Below, in pieces: positions 10,102 through 19,392 of a stretch of DNA of 64,000 bases. Source of the stretch: a virus (lineage: Duplodnaviria > Caudoviricetes); IMG/VR virus record IMGVR_UViG_2700989075_000001, positions 5,642 to 69,641 of that record, one strand, 5' to 3'. Position 1 is the stretch's first letter. Every line of letters starts with the position of its first letter. The translations under genes and the position numbers were made by a program. The notes beneath the pieces are model-generated. The model had not been told where the DNA came from, ran no database searches, and worked only from the letters and a program-made list of their open reading frames with translations.

Positions 10102-10121
10102 GCTGGCCCGCATCAGCGAAG

Positions 10122-10161
10122 CAACAAACCGCCCCGACCTTGTGGCCGGGGCGGTTTGTTG
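10122..10161. terminator. Intrinsic terminator between convergent genes
   Basis: CAACAAACCGCCCCG...CGGGGCGGTTTGTTG inverted repeat whose T-rich ends serve both strands. Confidence 0.85.
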
Positions 10162-10169
10162 TCTGGGGC

Positions 10170-10457
10170 TTAGGCGGCTGCGGCCACCGCCTCGTTCACC
10201 AGGTCGTAGGTGAGCTGGCCGTTGCCGTAGAGGCGGCGCACCTGGCTGGGCTGGAGGGTGAGCCGGGCAGCGGCACCGAGGGCGACGGTGACGGCGGCGG
10301 TGATGTCGCGGCAGTAGGTGCTGGTGACCTCCACGGCGTGGACATCAAACAGGGCGCGGGCCAGGCGAACCTCGTCAGCGGTGGTGGCACCGTGGGCGAT
10401 GGCCAAGCGGAACTCGCGGTCGATGGCCTGGGCGGTGAACGGGCTGATGGTGGACAT
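10170..10457 (-). CDS. Hypothetical protein (95 aa), reverse-oriented within the structural operon
   Basis: AAGGGAG RBS before ATG at 10457; lies downstream of promoter cassette copy A. Confidence 0.75.
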   Translation of the reverse strand: MSTISPFTAQAIDREFRLAIAHGATTADEVRLARALFDVHAVEVTSTYCRDITAAVTVALGAAARLTLQPSQVRRLYGNGQLTYDLVNEAVAAAA

Positions 10458-10478
10458 TTTGACTCCCTTACCTGCGGC

Positions 10479-10540
10479 GGCGGGGCGGTCCCGCCTTGCT
10501 GATGTGAACACACTAACCCGCCTTAGTCGGGTAAGTCAAG
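10479..10540 (-). promoter_or_regulatory. Repeated promoter-operator-hairpin cassette, copy A (core CCTTAGT)
   Basis: Minus strand reads TTGACT-N18-TAGTGT with an ACCCG-N7-CGGGT inverted repeat in the spacer, then a GGCGGG-N5-CCCGCC hairpin. Confidence 0.85.
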
Positions 10541-10578
10541 ATGACCGATACCGCACCGCCACCGGATACCCTGGCGTC

Positions 10579-11319
10579 GTGGCTTTCACGTGGCCGGTCG
10601 ACCGGTCTGAGTTCCCGGCGCTGCCGGACGAGGCCGACCCTGGCTATGCCCAGGCGGTGCTGGAGCAGCGTGCAGCGGCTGACCTGGCGGTGGCGGTGCT
10701 GTGGGCACTGACCGGGCGGCAGTGGGGCCTGGAGACCAAGACAGTGCGCCCGTGCCCCGAGTACGCCAGCGTGCTGTACCGCGACACCGGCCAGGTCACC
10801 AGCTACGTCGTCAGCTGGGAAGGCGACCGGTGGATCAACCTGGGCTGTGGATGCAGTGGCGGCTGTCGGTACGGTGGCCCCCGCGCTGTGCACCTGCCTG
10901 GCCCCGTCTACGCCGTGACCGAGGTCAAGCTGGCGGGTGCAGTGCTGGCCCCGGCCGGGTACCGCGCCGAGGGCAATGTGCTGTACCGCGTCGGGGCCAA
11001 CTGGCTGGCGCAAGACCTTGGTCGGCCGCTGGGCGAGGCCCGCACCTGGAGCGTGACCTACCAGCGCGGCATCCCGGTGCCGGAGGCATTCGCGGCGCTG
11101 ACCGGCCTGCTGGCCAAGGAGTTCTTGGACGCGCTCGACAACGAGGGCCGGTGCCGCCTGCCGCGCACCGTGACCACCGCCAGCCGCCAGGGCGTGACGT
11201 ATCGGGCCTACGACCCGCAGGCCATCTATGCCAACGGCAAGACCGGCCTCCCCGAAATCGACCTGGTGCTGGCAGCGGTGAACCCTCACGCGCTGATGGC
11301 CGCGCCTACGGTGCTCTGA
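10579..11319 (+). CDS. Head-to-tail adaptor
   Basis: LWALTGRQWG, VRPC, CRLPRTVTTASRQGV and TGLPEIDL motifs. Probable leaderless GTG 6 nt after TACCCT. Confidence 0.7.
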   Translation: MAFTWPVDRSEFPALPDEADPGYAQAVLEQRAAADLAVAVLWALTGRQWGLETKTVRPCPEYASVLYRDTGQVTSYVVSWEGDRWINLGCGCSGGCRYGGPRAVHLPGPVYAVTEVKLAGAVLAPAGYRAEGNVLYRVGANWLAQDLGRPLGEARTWSVTYQRGIPVPEAFAALTGLLAKEFLDALDNEGRCRLPRTVTTASRQGVTYRAYDPQAIYANGKTGLPEIDLVLAAVNPHALMAAPTVL

Positions 11320-11849
11320 TGACGCAGCCCTGCCGCACCGACCCCGCCATGGAGGTCATCGGTGCCGTCACCACCACGCTGACCGAGTTCTTCCGGCCGG
11401 ACCAGGCGTGCCCGCCCATGGTCGGCAGCACCACCAACGTCCGCTTCTTCGCAGGCGACGGCGCGCCGCTGGCCGCGTGGGACAGCCACGTGAGCCAGGG
11501 CTGTGACGAGCCGTTCGTCTGGGTCCGCGCCCAGCGCCGCTACCGCAGCAAGGCGTTCCCGAACCCCACGGTGGAGGTCGGCAGCTGCTCGCTGCTCAAG
11601 GTGCTGCCGGTGGAGGTCGGCGTGGCCTGGTGCGCGGTGGTCGACCAGGAGCCCCGGTGGTCCGACTACGCCAAGGAGGCGGCGGTCAGCATGGACACCG
11701 CCTGGCGCATGGAAGAGGCGATGTGCGCCGCCACGCGCCAGCTGCTGCGCGACGACAGCGAGCGCCTGGTGGGCAGTGACATCCTCAACCCGTATGGTCC
11801 AGAGGGCGGTGTCATTGCGTGGATCGGCACCCTGTACGCCAGCTACTGA
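11319..11849 (+). CDS. Tail completion/terminator-like protein (putative)
   Basis: Coupled to the adaptor gene; PYGPEGGVIAW motif; synteny. Confidence 0.5.
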   Translation: MTQPCRTDPAMEVIGAVTTTLTEFFRPDQACPPMVGSTTNVRFFAGDGAPLAAWDSHVSQGCDEPFVWVRAQRRYRSKAFPNPTVEVGSCSLLKVLPVEVGVAWCAVVDQEPRWSDYAKEAAVSMDTAWRMEEAMCAATRQLLRDDSERLVGSDILNPYGPEGGVIAWIGTLYASY

Positions 11850-11875
11850 AATACTGATCTACGGAGGAGAACACC

Positions 11876-12235
11876 ATGGCCGGAGTGACAATCGAGGGCA
11901 GCCGCCTTTCGCCCAGCTCGTTCCTGGCGGCGGGTGAGCGCGTCACCGTGCAGCGCACCCCGCGTATCGACCGGCTGATCGCCGCCGGGTTCGTGGTCGT
12001 GGTGGACGAACGTACCGACACCGAGCGTGAGGCCGACGAGCAGGCGGCGCAGTCGCGCGCCGACCTGACCCCGTACACCTTGGACAACCCGCCCAAGCGC
12101 AACGCCAGCCGCGAGGACTGGTCCGAGTTCCTGGCCGCGCACAGCGAACTTGGCATCGTCACCGAGGGCAAGGACCGCGACGAGCTGATCGCCGCCTGGG
12201 ACGCCTACCTGGCCGGGCGCGTTACGCAGGAGTAG
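11876..12235 (+). CDS. Hypothetical protein with C-terminal HeH/Rho-N-like helices
   Basis: GGAGGAG RBS; PKRNASREDWSEFL...RDELIAAW. Confidence 0.6.
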   Translation: MAGVTIEGSRLSPSSFLAAGERVTVQRTPRIDRLIAAGFVVVVDERTDTEREADEQAAQSRADLTPYTLDNPPKRNASREDWSEFLAAHSELGIVTEGKDRDELIAAWDAYLAGRVTQE

Positions 12236-12238
12236 CCC

Positions 12239-12652
12239 GTGCCGGTAACCGCGCGCATCCACATCAACGAGCCGGAGCTGGAGCGCCAGACCGGCGCGAT
12301 ATTCCGTGGCAAGCACCGCAGCATCACGCGGCGCATCGCCAACCAGGCCCGCGCTGATGTGCCCGTGCGCACCGGCAACCTGGGGCGCGGCATCCAGGAA
12401 ATGCCCCAGACGTACCGGCCGTATCACGTGGGCGGCGGCGTGGAGGACAACGTGGACTACGCCGCCCCGGTGCATGAGGGCAGCCGCCCGCACCGCATCA
12501 CCGCCCGGCACGCCAACGCGCTGCACTTCTACTGGCACGGGCGCGAGGTGTTCCGCAAGAGCGTCTGGCACCCCGGCGTCCGGCCCCGGCCGTTCCTGCG
12601 CAACGCGGCGCGGCGCGTGGTGGCTGCGGACCCCGACATCCACATGACGTGA
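12239..12652 (+). CDS. HK97 gp10-like tail/neck component
   Basis: VPVRTGNL, YAAPVHEG and PRPFLRNA motifs. Confidence 0.7.
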   Translation: MPVTARIHINEPELERQTGAIFRGKHRSITRRIANQARADVPVRTGNLGRGIQEMPQTYRPYHVGGGVEDNVDYAAPVHEGSRPHRITARHANALHFYWHGREVFRKSVWHPGVRPRPFLRNAARRVVAADPDIHMT

Positions 12653-12708
12653 CTATCCCGACATCGGTGGTAGTCTCGCGGCCGAACACCCAAGCCTCGG
12701 GAGGGCCA

Positions 12709-13278
12709 ATGACCACGTTCGGACAGCAGGGCAAGATCACCGCGCGGGCCGACGCCGCACCGCCTACCGAACAGCTGGTGCCACCGGCCGACTACTGCGT
12801 GGACGACGAGCTGACGGCCAACGCCGCCCCCGACGTGGACGCGGTGCTGGCCGAGGTCGACGCTGCCAACGAGCCGGAGGTGCAGGTGCTCGACGCACCG
12901 GCTGGCCTGGCCAACGTGGAGCCCGCGCCGGAGGAGACAGGCAACGCGGTGGCCCTGGTGGAACGCTTCGACGTGACCGCCACCGACGAGGTGTGGAAGT
13001 TCGACTATCTGGAGTTCGAGGGCGACAAGCTGGGCATCCGGCTGCCGTCGCGCCAGGCGCTGGCGGCGTTCTCGCTGGCCTCCAGCAAGTACGTGTCCAT
13101 GGGCGTGAAGAACGACCTCACCGGCCTGTTCATCGCCCGGCACCTGAGCCCCGAGAGTTACGGCCGGGTGTTCTCCCGCCTGATGGACCCCGACGACGCC
13201 GCCTACGATGTGGACACCGTGGGCGAACTGTTCAACGCGATCGTTACCGCCAGCATCGAGGCAGACGAGCAGGAATAG
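12709..13278 (+). CDS. Tail assembly chaperone
   Basis: GGAGGG RBS before ATG 12709; immediately precedes the tape measure gene; acidic. Confidence 0.7.
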   Translation: MTTFGQQGKITARADAAPPTEQLVPPADYCVDDELTANAAPDVDAVLAEVDAANEPEVQVLDAPAGLANVEPAPEETGNAVALVERFDVTATDEVWKFDYLEFEGDKLGIRLPSRQALAAFSLASSKYVSMGVKNDLTGLFIARHLSPESYGRVFSRLMDPDDAAYDVDTVGELFNAIVTASIEADEQE

Positions 13279-13303
13279 CCGCCTGCTGGGATAGCCTGAC
13301 CGG

Positions 13304-16300
13304 GTGACCGATGTCGGCAAGATCAGCCTTGGCGTAGAGCTACACGCCGACGACCTGGCAAACCGGCTCGGTGAAGCTGTTCGGCGGGCTGTCCTGCCCA
13401 CGCTCGATAAGCTGAACCGCAAGCTAAACGAGGTCCAGCGAGAGTACCGGAACACCGGCAACGCGGCCGAGCGCAGCGCCGACAAGCAGGTGCGCCAGAT
13501 GCGCCGCGTGGCTGCCGAGGCAGCAACCACCACCGCCGCGCTCAACGCCATGAACGCCGCCTACGGGCGCAGCGGTGCCGGTCCCCGCCTGCCCCGCCCG
13601 GCCGACACTGAACGCGCCCGCCGGTCGACGGACGGGCTGGCCAACAGCACCCGCAGCGTGTCCGAGGCGCAGCGCGAGCTGAACGAGGCCATCAACATCT
13701 TCGGGCGGCGCAGCCCCGTGGTGGAAGCCGCCCAGCGCCGCCTGGCCCGCGCCGAGGCTGCTCATACCGCCGAGCTGGTGCGCGCCGCTGCGCGGTCGCG
13801 GGCGTCCACTGACAGCCAGGTCAACGATTACGAGCGCCTGGCGCGCGAGGCCGAACGGTCGGCTGCCCGGCAGGCTGCGGCGGCGCGTGCGGCCGGTGGC
13901 GGCGGTGGCCGGGGTGGTGGAGGCGGCAGCGGACGCCGTGGCGTTCTCGGGTTCCTCACCGGCCCCACGGGGCTGAACACCATCGCCCTGGGCGCGTCGG
14001 CGCTGCCAGCGGTGGCAACGGGCGTTGTCAACATCGTCGGCGCGGTGCAGCAGCTCAGCCAGGCGGGGCTGGCGCTGCCCGGCATCTTCGCGGGCGGCGC
14101 GGCTGCCATCGGCACGGCTGCCATCGGCTTCAAGGGCATGGGCGATGCCGTCAAGGCGCTCATGGACGCCGCCGACGACCCGGCCAAGCTGGAAGAGGCG
14201 AACAAGCAGCTGGAGAAAATGGCCCCGGCTGCCGCTGCGGTGGCGCGCGAGGTGGCCAAGCTGGCTGCCCCGAACGGGCCACTGCGCCAGTTCCAGAAGG
14301 ACATTGCCCAGCCGATGTTCGAGGGCATCGACACGCAGCTGGACGACTTCGCCGCCAAGGTGCTGCCGCGCGTCAAGCCCGGCGCGCAGAAGATCGCCGG
14401 GGCCTGGAACAACACGTTTAAGGAGGCCATGCGTGTCGGCAGCAGCGACAGCACGCTGGGCTTCCTGGACCGCATTTTCGGCAACACGGCCGAGGGCCAG
14501 AACCGTGCCACCAAGGCAATCGAGCCACTGACCCACGCCCTGGGCCAGCTCACCGCCACCAGCAGCGACTTCCTGCCCCGGCTGGGCGATGCAATTACCA
14601 GCGTCAGTGAACGCTTGGACAAGTTCATCACCAAGAACGCGGCGAACGGCAACCTGTTCCGGTGGATTGACGAGGGCCTGAACGGTATGCGGGCCTTCGG
14701 GAACGCGGTGCTCAACGTCTTCAAGACGATCACCGGGCTGACCAAGGCGGCGGGCGCGCTCAACGGCAGCCTGTCCGGCGACGGCGGGTTCCTGGGCTGG
14801 CTGGAGCGCAGCACCAAGGCCATGAGCGACCTGACCAACAGCGCCAGCGGCCAGGCCAAGCTCACCGCATTCTTCCGAGACGGCCGGGCCGACCTGGAGC
14901 GGTGGGGCGACCTGCTGCGCGACATCTGGCCTGCCATCCGCGAGGTGATCAAGGGCTTCCAGGCGTGGGGCGACATCATCTTCCCCATCATCAAGGCGGC
15001 GGGCAGCCTCGTTGGCAGCCTGGCCGAGGTGCCGGGCTTGCTCCAGGCGGTGCTGGTGGGCTTCTTGGCGTGGCGCACCATCGGCGGCATCGTCGGCGGC
15101 ATCACCGGCAAGATCAAGGCCATGAACACCGCCGCAGCGGCGGGCGGTGGTGCGGCCGGTGGCGGCTTCGGCAAGGGGCAGAGCGCCCTGCTGGGCGGCA
15201 GCCTGCTGCTGAGCGGCACCACCATGCAGCAGAACGCGGGCACCAGCACCACCAGCGGCGTGCTCGGGGCCTTGCAGACCATCGGCGGCGGTGCGGTGCT
15301 GGGCGGCACTATCGGCAGCGTGATCCCCGGCGTGGGCACGGGTATCGGTGCGCTGGTGGGCGGTGGCCTGGGCGCGGCGCTGGCCGGGTACAACGCGCTG
15401 GTCAACCAGAACAAGATCGCCACCGAGGCGGCGGCTGCCGCAGCCGAGAAGTGGGCGGCGACCAACGAGCGCAGCCACCAGGCCATGTTGCTGAACAGCC
15501 AGGCCATCAAGTCGATGAACGACGCCCTGGCCGAGAGCGGCGGTGCAATCGACACCGCGACCCTGGCGGCGGTGGGCGAGCAGGTGAACGCGATCCCCGA
15601 GAAGCTGGCCGGGGCCTACGACGAAAGCACGCTCAAGGGCATCGCCGCCGCGCTGGGCGACGTGGGCATGACGACGGACCAGATGGCTGCCACCATTACG
15701 GGTAGCCAGGGCCAGTTCGACGCGCTGATCGGGCGGCTGAACGGCATGGGTCCGGCCGGGCAGATCGCCGCCCAGCAGCTGGCCAGCATCCGCGACAACA
15801 CGCTGGGCGCTGCGCAGAACGCCAGCGTGGCCGCGCCGCTGCTCCAGCAGCTGGCCGACAAGTTTGGCGGGCTGGCAGGCGCGCAGGTGGCTGTGGAGAA
15901 CGCCTTCGCCGGTATTCCCACCGACGTGCCGATCAACATCAACATGCCCAACGGGCAGGCTGTGTTCGACATCCTCAAGGAAATCGGCGCGCAGATTCAG
16001 ACCAACCAAGACGGGACGATCAACGTCACCGCCCCGTTGGCCCCGGCGGTGCTCGACCAGCTGCGGGCACTGGGCATCCAGATTCAGCAGAACAAGGACG
16101 GCACCATCGTCGTCCAGATCGACCAGGCCCGCTACAACGACACCATCGCCAAGCTGGGCACGGTCGGCCAGCTCTACGACGATCTGTTCCGCAAGTCGGG
16201 CACGCTGCCGCTGCCCAATGTGCCGGGGCCGGTCAACCCGAACACGCAGGCGGCGAACCCGTTCGAGCTGCCGCGCCCGCCCGGCGGTGCCGACGGCATG

Positions 16301-19300
16301 GTCATTCCTGGCTACGCGCCGGGGCACGACATCGTGAACGCCGTACTGGCCCCCGGCGAGGGCGTGCTGATCCCCGAGGCGGTGCGCGGCATCGGTGGCC
16401 CGGCCGGGGTGTACGCGCTCAACAGTCGGTTCCGTAGCGGGCTGAGCAAGCGGTACTACGCCGACGGCGGCGTGCATACCGGTAGCGGTGCACTGCCCGG
16501 CCCGCCGGGAGGCGAGACCGAGCTGGGCGTGCTCATGCAGATTCGTGATCTGCTGGCAGGCAAGGGCGGCGTCGGCGCGGTGGCCCAGACCGCCGCTGCC
16601 ACCGACACCATCGCCAAGGCCAGCGCGGGCACCAGCGGCCAGACCATGGGTCCGTTCGGTACGCCCATCAAGGCCCGTAACCGTGGCTACGAGGCAGCCG
16701 CTGCGGCCATCCAGGCGCTCGGTGGCGACCCTGAGAAGTGGATCGGGGCCGACCCCACTACCTACGTCGCCCCGACCGCCAGCGGGGCACTGGGCGGCAC
16801 TACGGCGGCATTGCCGGGCATGGTCGACATCGCCGCGCTCCAGAAGTTCGCCATGACCGGCAACGTGGCTGACCTGCCGCCGGGCATCAGCCTGAACGAC
16901 CCGGTGGTCACGGCCATTACGGGGGCGCGGAACAAGAAGAAGGGCCTGAGCGACCAGCAGATCAGCGACCTGGTTGGCCAGGGCCTGGGACCAGGCGGGT
17001 ACACCGGCACTCTCGACAGCGACAACACCAGTCTGGTAAAGGCGCTGGAACGGCTGCGCACCAAGGGCACCAAGGTGCCGGGCGGCACGGCGGCGGTGGC
17101 CGGTTCGACGGGCGTACCCATGTACGGCATCCCCGGCGGCGCGGGGGCCATCATGGATCCGATCAGCGCCTACGCCGCGCAGCACAGCGGCGGGCAGTAC
17201 AGCTGGGGCGGCAGCGACCTGGCGGCGGGCCTGTCCGACTGCTCGGGTGCGGTGTCCGACCTGGTGGAAATCATCACGCAGGGCCAGGCCACCAGCAAGC
17301 GCCTGTTCTCCACGGCCGACGCGGGCAGCGTGCTGTCCAGCCTGGGGGCGGTGTCCGGTGCGGTGCCGGGTGCGCTCCAGATTGGCTGGTCGGCCGAGCA
17401 TATGCGGGCCACCCTGCCGAACGGCGTGGCGTTCGAGTCCGGCGGCGGCACCGGCCAGGGCGCGACCTACGGCGGCAACGCTAAGGGCGCGGCCGGTATG
17501 CCGAACATCATGTCGCTACCGGTCAACGGCGTGCCGCTGGGCGCGGGCATGTCCGGCGCACTGCCGGGCGGCGCTGCTGCCGCTGGCGGGGGCACCCCGG
17601 TGTTCGTGACCAACTGGCCAGGCGGTGGCCAGATGCCGCCGGGCGTGAACCAGCTGCTCGGCGGCTTGACGCAGGGCGGCGGCGAAGCTGCGCAGAACGT
17701 GCTCGGTGACGTGATGGGCGCGGTGTCCGGCATCGGACAGGAGGGCTGGGCCACCAAGGGCGCGAGCTATGCGCAGCTGAACCAGCTGGTCAAGGAAGGC
17801 AACCCGCTGGCGCTGGCCAAGGCGTTCGGCCTGAACGTGGAGGACTTCACGCGCCAAGGTGGCGCGGGCACCGACGTAGAGAAGAACGACCAGGCGTACG
17901 ACGCAAGTGGGCGGCTGTTCTCTGACACGTCGGCCCTGTTCGATCGCACACTGACCAGCCTGAACGCGCAGCTCCAGGCCATGCGCGAACAGATGGTCGA
18001 CGTGATCGAGCAGGTTAGCCAGAAGCTCAACGACGAGGCCCTGGAGCCCGTGGTGAAGGCCGGTGTACAGAACGCGCTGGAGGGCCTGAAGGACAGCGTG
18101 TCGAACGCCATCGGCACCGCAATGGGCAACGCAGCCGCGCCGCCCATTGCCGACGCGGTGAGCAGTGCGGTGTCCAGCCTGCCCATCGACAACACCGGCA
18201 GCGGCAATGTCGGCGGCAACCTGGCTGGCGCAGCCACGGGCGTCATCGGCATGGCGGGCGGTGGCCCGGTGTCCGGCGGCGTGGCCGGTAAGGACAGCGT
18301 GCCCGCGCTGCTGATGCCCGGCGAGTTCGTGCTGAACACGATGGACGTGGCCCGCATGGGCGGCACCCACGGCGTGGAGGCTGCCCGGCGCAAGGGCTTC
18401 CGGCATTACGCCACGGGCGGCGGCGTCATCGGTAATGACACCGTGGGCGCGGACTTCTTCGGTGTGTCCGAGGTGCCCATTGTCGGGGCCATTGTGAACC
18501 TGCTGGTGCGGGTATTGCTCCAGGTCATCGGCGTGGAAATTGAAGTGCGCGACACGATGAACGAAATGTCGAGTGACTTCCGGCAATTCCGTGGTGACGC
18601 ATTTAAGGCGTTCGACGCTCAGGGCCGGTTGCTGAACGACACCAGCGGGCTTATCGAGCGCACGCAGTCGAGCGAGGAAACCGCAGCTGAGGAGCGCATT
18701 CGCATCCTCAAAATCGTTATCCAGGCGCTTATCAAGTACATCATCGAGAAGGTGATTGTGCCGATTACCAAGGCGGTGGCGAACGCGGCTATCCAGGCCG
18801 GTGCCAGCGCTGCCGGTGCGGCGGTGAATACGCAGGCACCGGGTGCCGGTGGAATTGTCAGCTCGCTTATTTCCAGTGCGGGCCAGGCCGGTGTCGACAT
18901 CGCCGCCGAGGTTGGAACGGACTTCGCGCTGGCCATCAGCGAAACGCTGATCGACATGGTGGGCGATCAGCTGCAATCGTCGTTCCCCGACCTGGTGGCT
19001 GGGGTGTTCGGCGGCGGCGCGCTGGCCAGCATCTTCGACCCGGCGGGCGGGTTCCTGGGCACGCTGATCGGTGGCCTGTTGGGCAGCATTACCGCGATCT
19101 TCGGCGGGCTGTTCGGCGGGGCCAGCACGCTGATCCCCGGCCAGTCGTTCGACCAGGGCGGGCTGGCCATCGGTGAGGGCTACCTGCCCAAGGCCACCGC
19201 CGAGCCCGAGCTGGTGCTGAGCCCCACCGAGACAAGCCTGTTCAGCCGGTTTGTCGCGGCGCTGGAGCGCGGCGGCTTCGGCGGTGGCGGCAGCCGAACC

Positions 19301-19384
19301 GTCCACGCGCCCATTACTGTGATCGGTGGCGGCGAGAGCACTGCCGACGTGATTGAGCAGCGCCTGCTCAAGCTGATGCCGTAG
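13304..19384 (+). CDS. Tape measure protein (2026 aa) with embedded NlpC/P60-like motif
   Basis: Longest ORF, Ala/Gly-rich and helical. YSWGG...DCSGAVS...H motif near 17200-17410; repeated D-x-V-x-A-x-L-x-PGE segments. Confidence 0.95.
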   Translation: MTDVGKISLGVELHADDLANRLGEAVRRAVLPTLDKLNRKLNEVQREYRNTGNAAERSADKQVRQMRRVAAEAATTTAALNAMNAAYGRSGAGPRLPRPADTERARRSTDGLANSTRSVSEAQRELNEAINIFGRRSPVVEAAQRRLARAEAAHTAELVRAAARSRASTDSQVNDYERLAREAERSAARQAAAARAAGGGGGRGGGGGSGRRGVLGFLTGPTGLNTIALGASALPAVATGVVNIVGAVQQLSQAGLALPGIFAGGAAAIGTAAIGFKGMGDAVKALMDAADDPAKLEEANKQLEKMAPAAAAVAREVAKLAAPNGPLRQFQKDIAQPMFEGIDTQLDDFAAKVLPRVKPGAQKIAGAWNNTFKEAMRVGSSDSTLGFLDRIFGNTAEGQNRATKAIEPLTHALGQLTATSSDFLPRLGDAITSVSERLDKFITKNAANGNLFRWIDEGLNGMRAFGNAVLNVFKTITGLTKAAGALNGSLSGDGGFLGWLERSTKAMSDLTNSASGQAKLTAFFRDGRADLERWGDLLRDIWPAIREVIKGFQAWGDIIFPIIKAAGSLVGSLAEVPGLLQAVLVGFLAWRTIGGIVGGITGKIKAMNTAAAAGGGAAGGGFGKGQSALLGGSLLLSGTTMQQNAGTSTTSGVLGALQTIGGGAVLGGTIGSVIPGVGTGIGALVGGGLGAALAGYNALVNQNKIATEAAAAAAEKWAATNERSHQAMLLNSQAIKSMNDALAESGGAIDTATLAAVGEQVNAIPEKLAGAYDESTLKGIAAALGDVGMTTDQMAATITGSQGQFDALIGRLNGMGPAGQIAAQQLASIRDNTLGAAQNASVAAPLLQQLADKFGGLAGAQVAVENAFAGIPTDVPININMPNGQAVFDILKEIGAQIQTNQDGTINVTAPLAPAVLDQLRALGIQIQQNKDGTIVVQIDQARYNDTIAKLGTVGQLYDDLFRKSGTLPLPNVPGPVNPNTQAANPFELPRPPGGADGMVIPGYAPGHDIVNAVLAPGEGVLIPEAVRGIGGPAGVYALNSRFRSGLSKRYYADGGVHTGSGALPGPPGGETELGVLMQIRDLLAGKGGVGAVAQTAAATDTIAKASAGTSGQTMGPFGTPIKARNRGYEAAAAAIQALGGDPEKWIGADPTTYVAPTASGALGGTTAALPGMVDIAALQKFAMTGNVADLPPGISLNDPVVTAITGARNKKKGLSDQQISDLVGQGLGPGGYTGTLDSDNTSLVKALERLRTKGTKVPGGTAAVAGSTGVPMYGIPGGAGAIMDPISAYAAQHSGGQYSWGGSDLAAGLSDCSGAVSDLVEIITQGQATSKRLFSTADAGSVLSSLGAVSGAVPGALQIGWSAEHMRATLPNGVAFESGGGTGQGATYGGNAKGAAGMPNIMSLPVNGVPLGAGMSGALPGGAAAAGGGTPVFVTNWPGGGQMPPGVNQLLGGLTQGGGEAAQNVLGDVMGAVSGIGQEGWATKGASYAQLNQLVKEGNPLALAKAFGLNVEDFTRQGGAGTDVEKNDQAYDASGRLFSDTSALFDRTLTSLNAQLQAMREQMVDVIEQVSQKLNDEALEPVVKAGVQNALEGLKDSVSNAIGTAMGNAAAPPIADAVSSAVSSLPIDNTGSGNVGGNLAGAATGVIGMAGGGPVSGGVAGKDSVPALLMPGEFVLNTMDVARMGGTHGVEAARRKGFRHYATGGGVIGNDTVGADFFGVSEVPIVGAIVNLLVRVLLQVIGVEIEVRDTMNEMSSDFRQFRGDAFKAFDAQGRLLNDTSGLIERTQSSEETAAEERIRILKIVIQALIKYIIEKVIVPITKAVANAAIQAGASAAGAAVNTQAPGAGGIVSSLISSAGQAGVDIAAEVGTDFALAISETLIDMVGDQLQSSFPDLVAGVFGGGALASIFDPAGGFLGTLIGGLLGSITAIFGGLFGGASTLIPGQSFDQGGLAIGEGYLPKATAEPELVLSPTETSLFSRFVAALERGGFGGGGSRTVHAPITVIGGGESTADVIEQRLLKLMP

Positions 19385-19392
19385 GAGGACAC

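Noticed and set aside
10458-10513. Apparent shared N-termini MFTSARRD / MCSHQ in several ORF-track proteins
   Set aside because: Artefacts of translating the repeated promoter cassette; the real starts follow the RBS downstream.
12649-12676. GTGACT-ATCCCGACATCGGTGG-TAGTCT as a rightward cassette copy
   Set aside because: The right operator arm is missing and the spacer is 16 nt; plausible promoter but too degenerate to assign.
13230-13303. Programmed frameshift in the pre-tape-measure chaperone
   Set aside because: No recognisable slippery heptamer, and only 25 nt separate the stop from the tape measure start.
13424-17401. Very long antisense ORFs (also 1874-4006, 17516-19975, 42128-44575, 45587-47386)
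   Set aside because: These are shadow ORFs expected opposite high-GC3 genes and have unnatural amino-acid composition.
17431-17440. GTTCGAGTCC T-loop-like sequence
   Set aside because: It lies inside the tape measure CDS and lacks the flanking stems of a tRNA.
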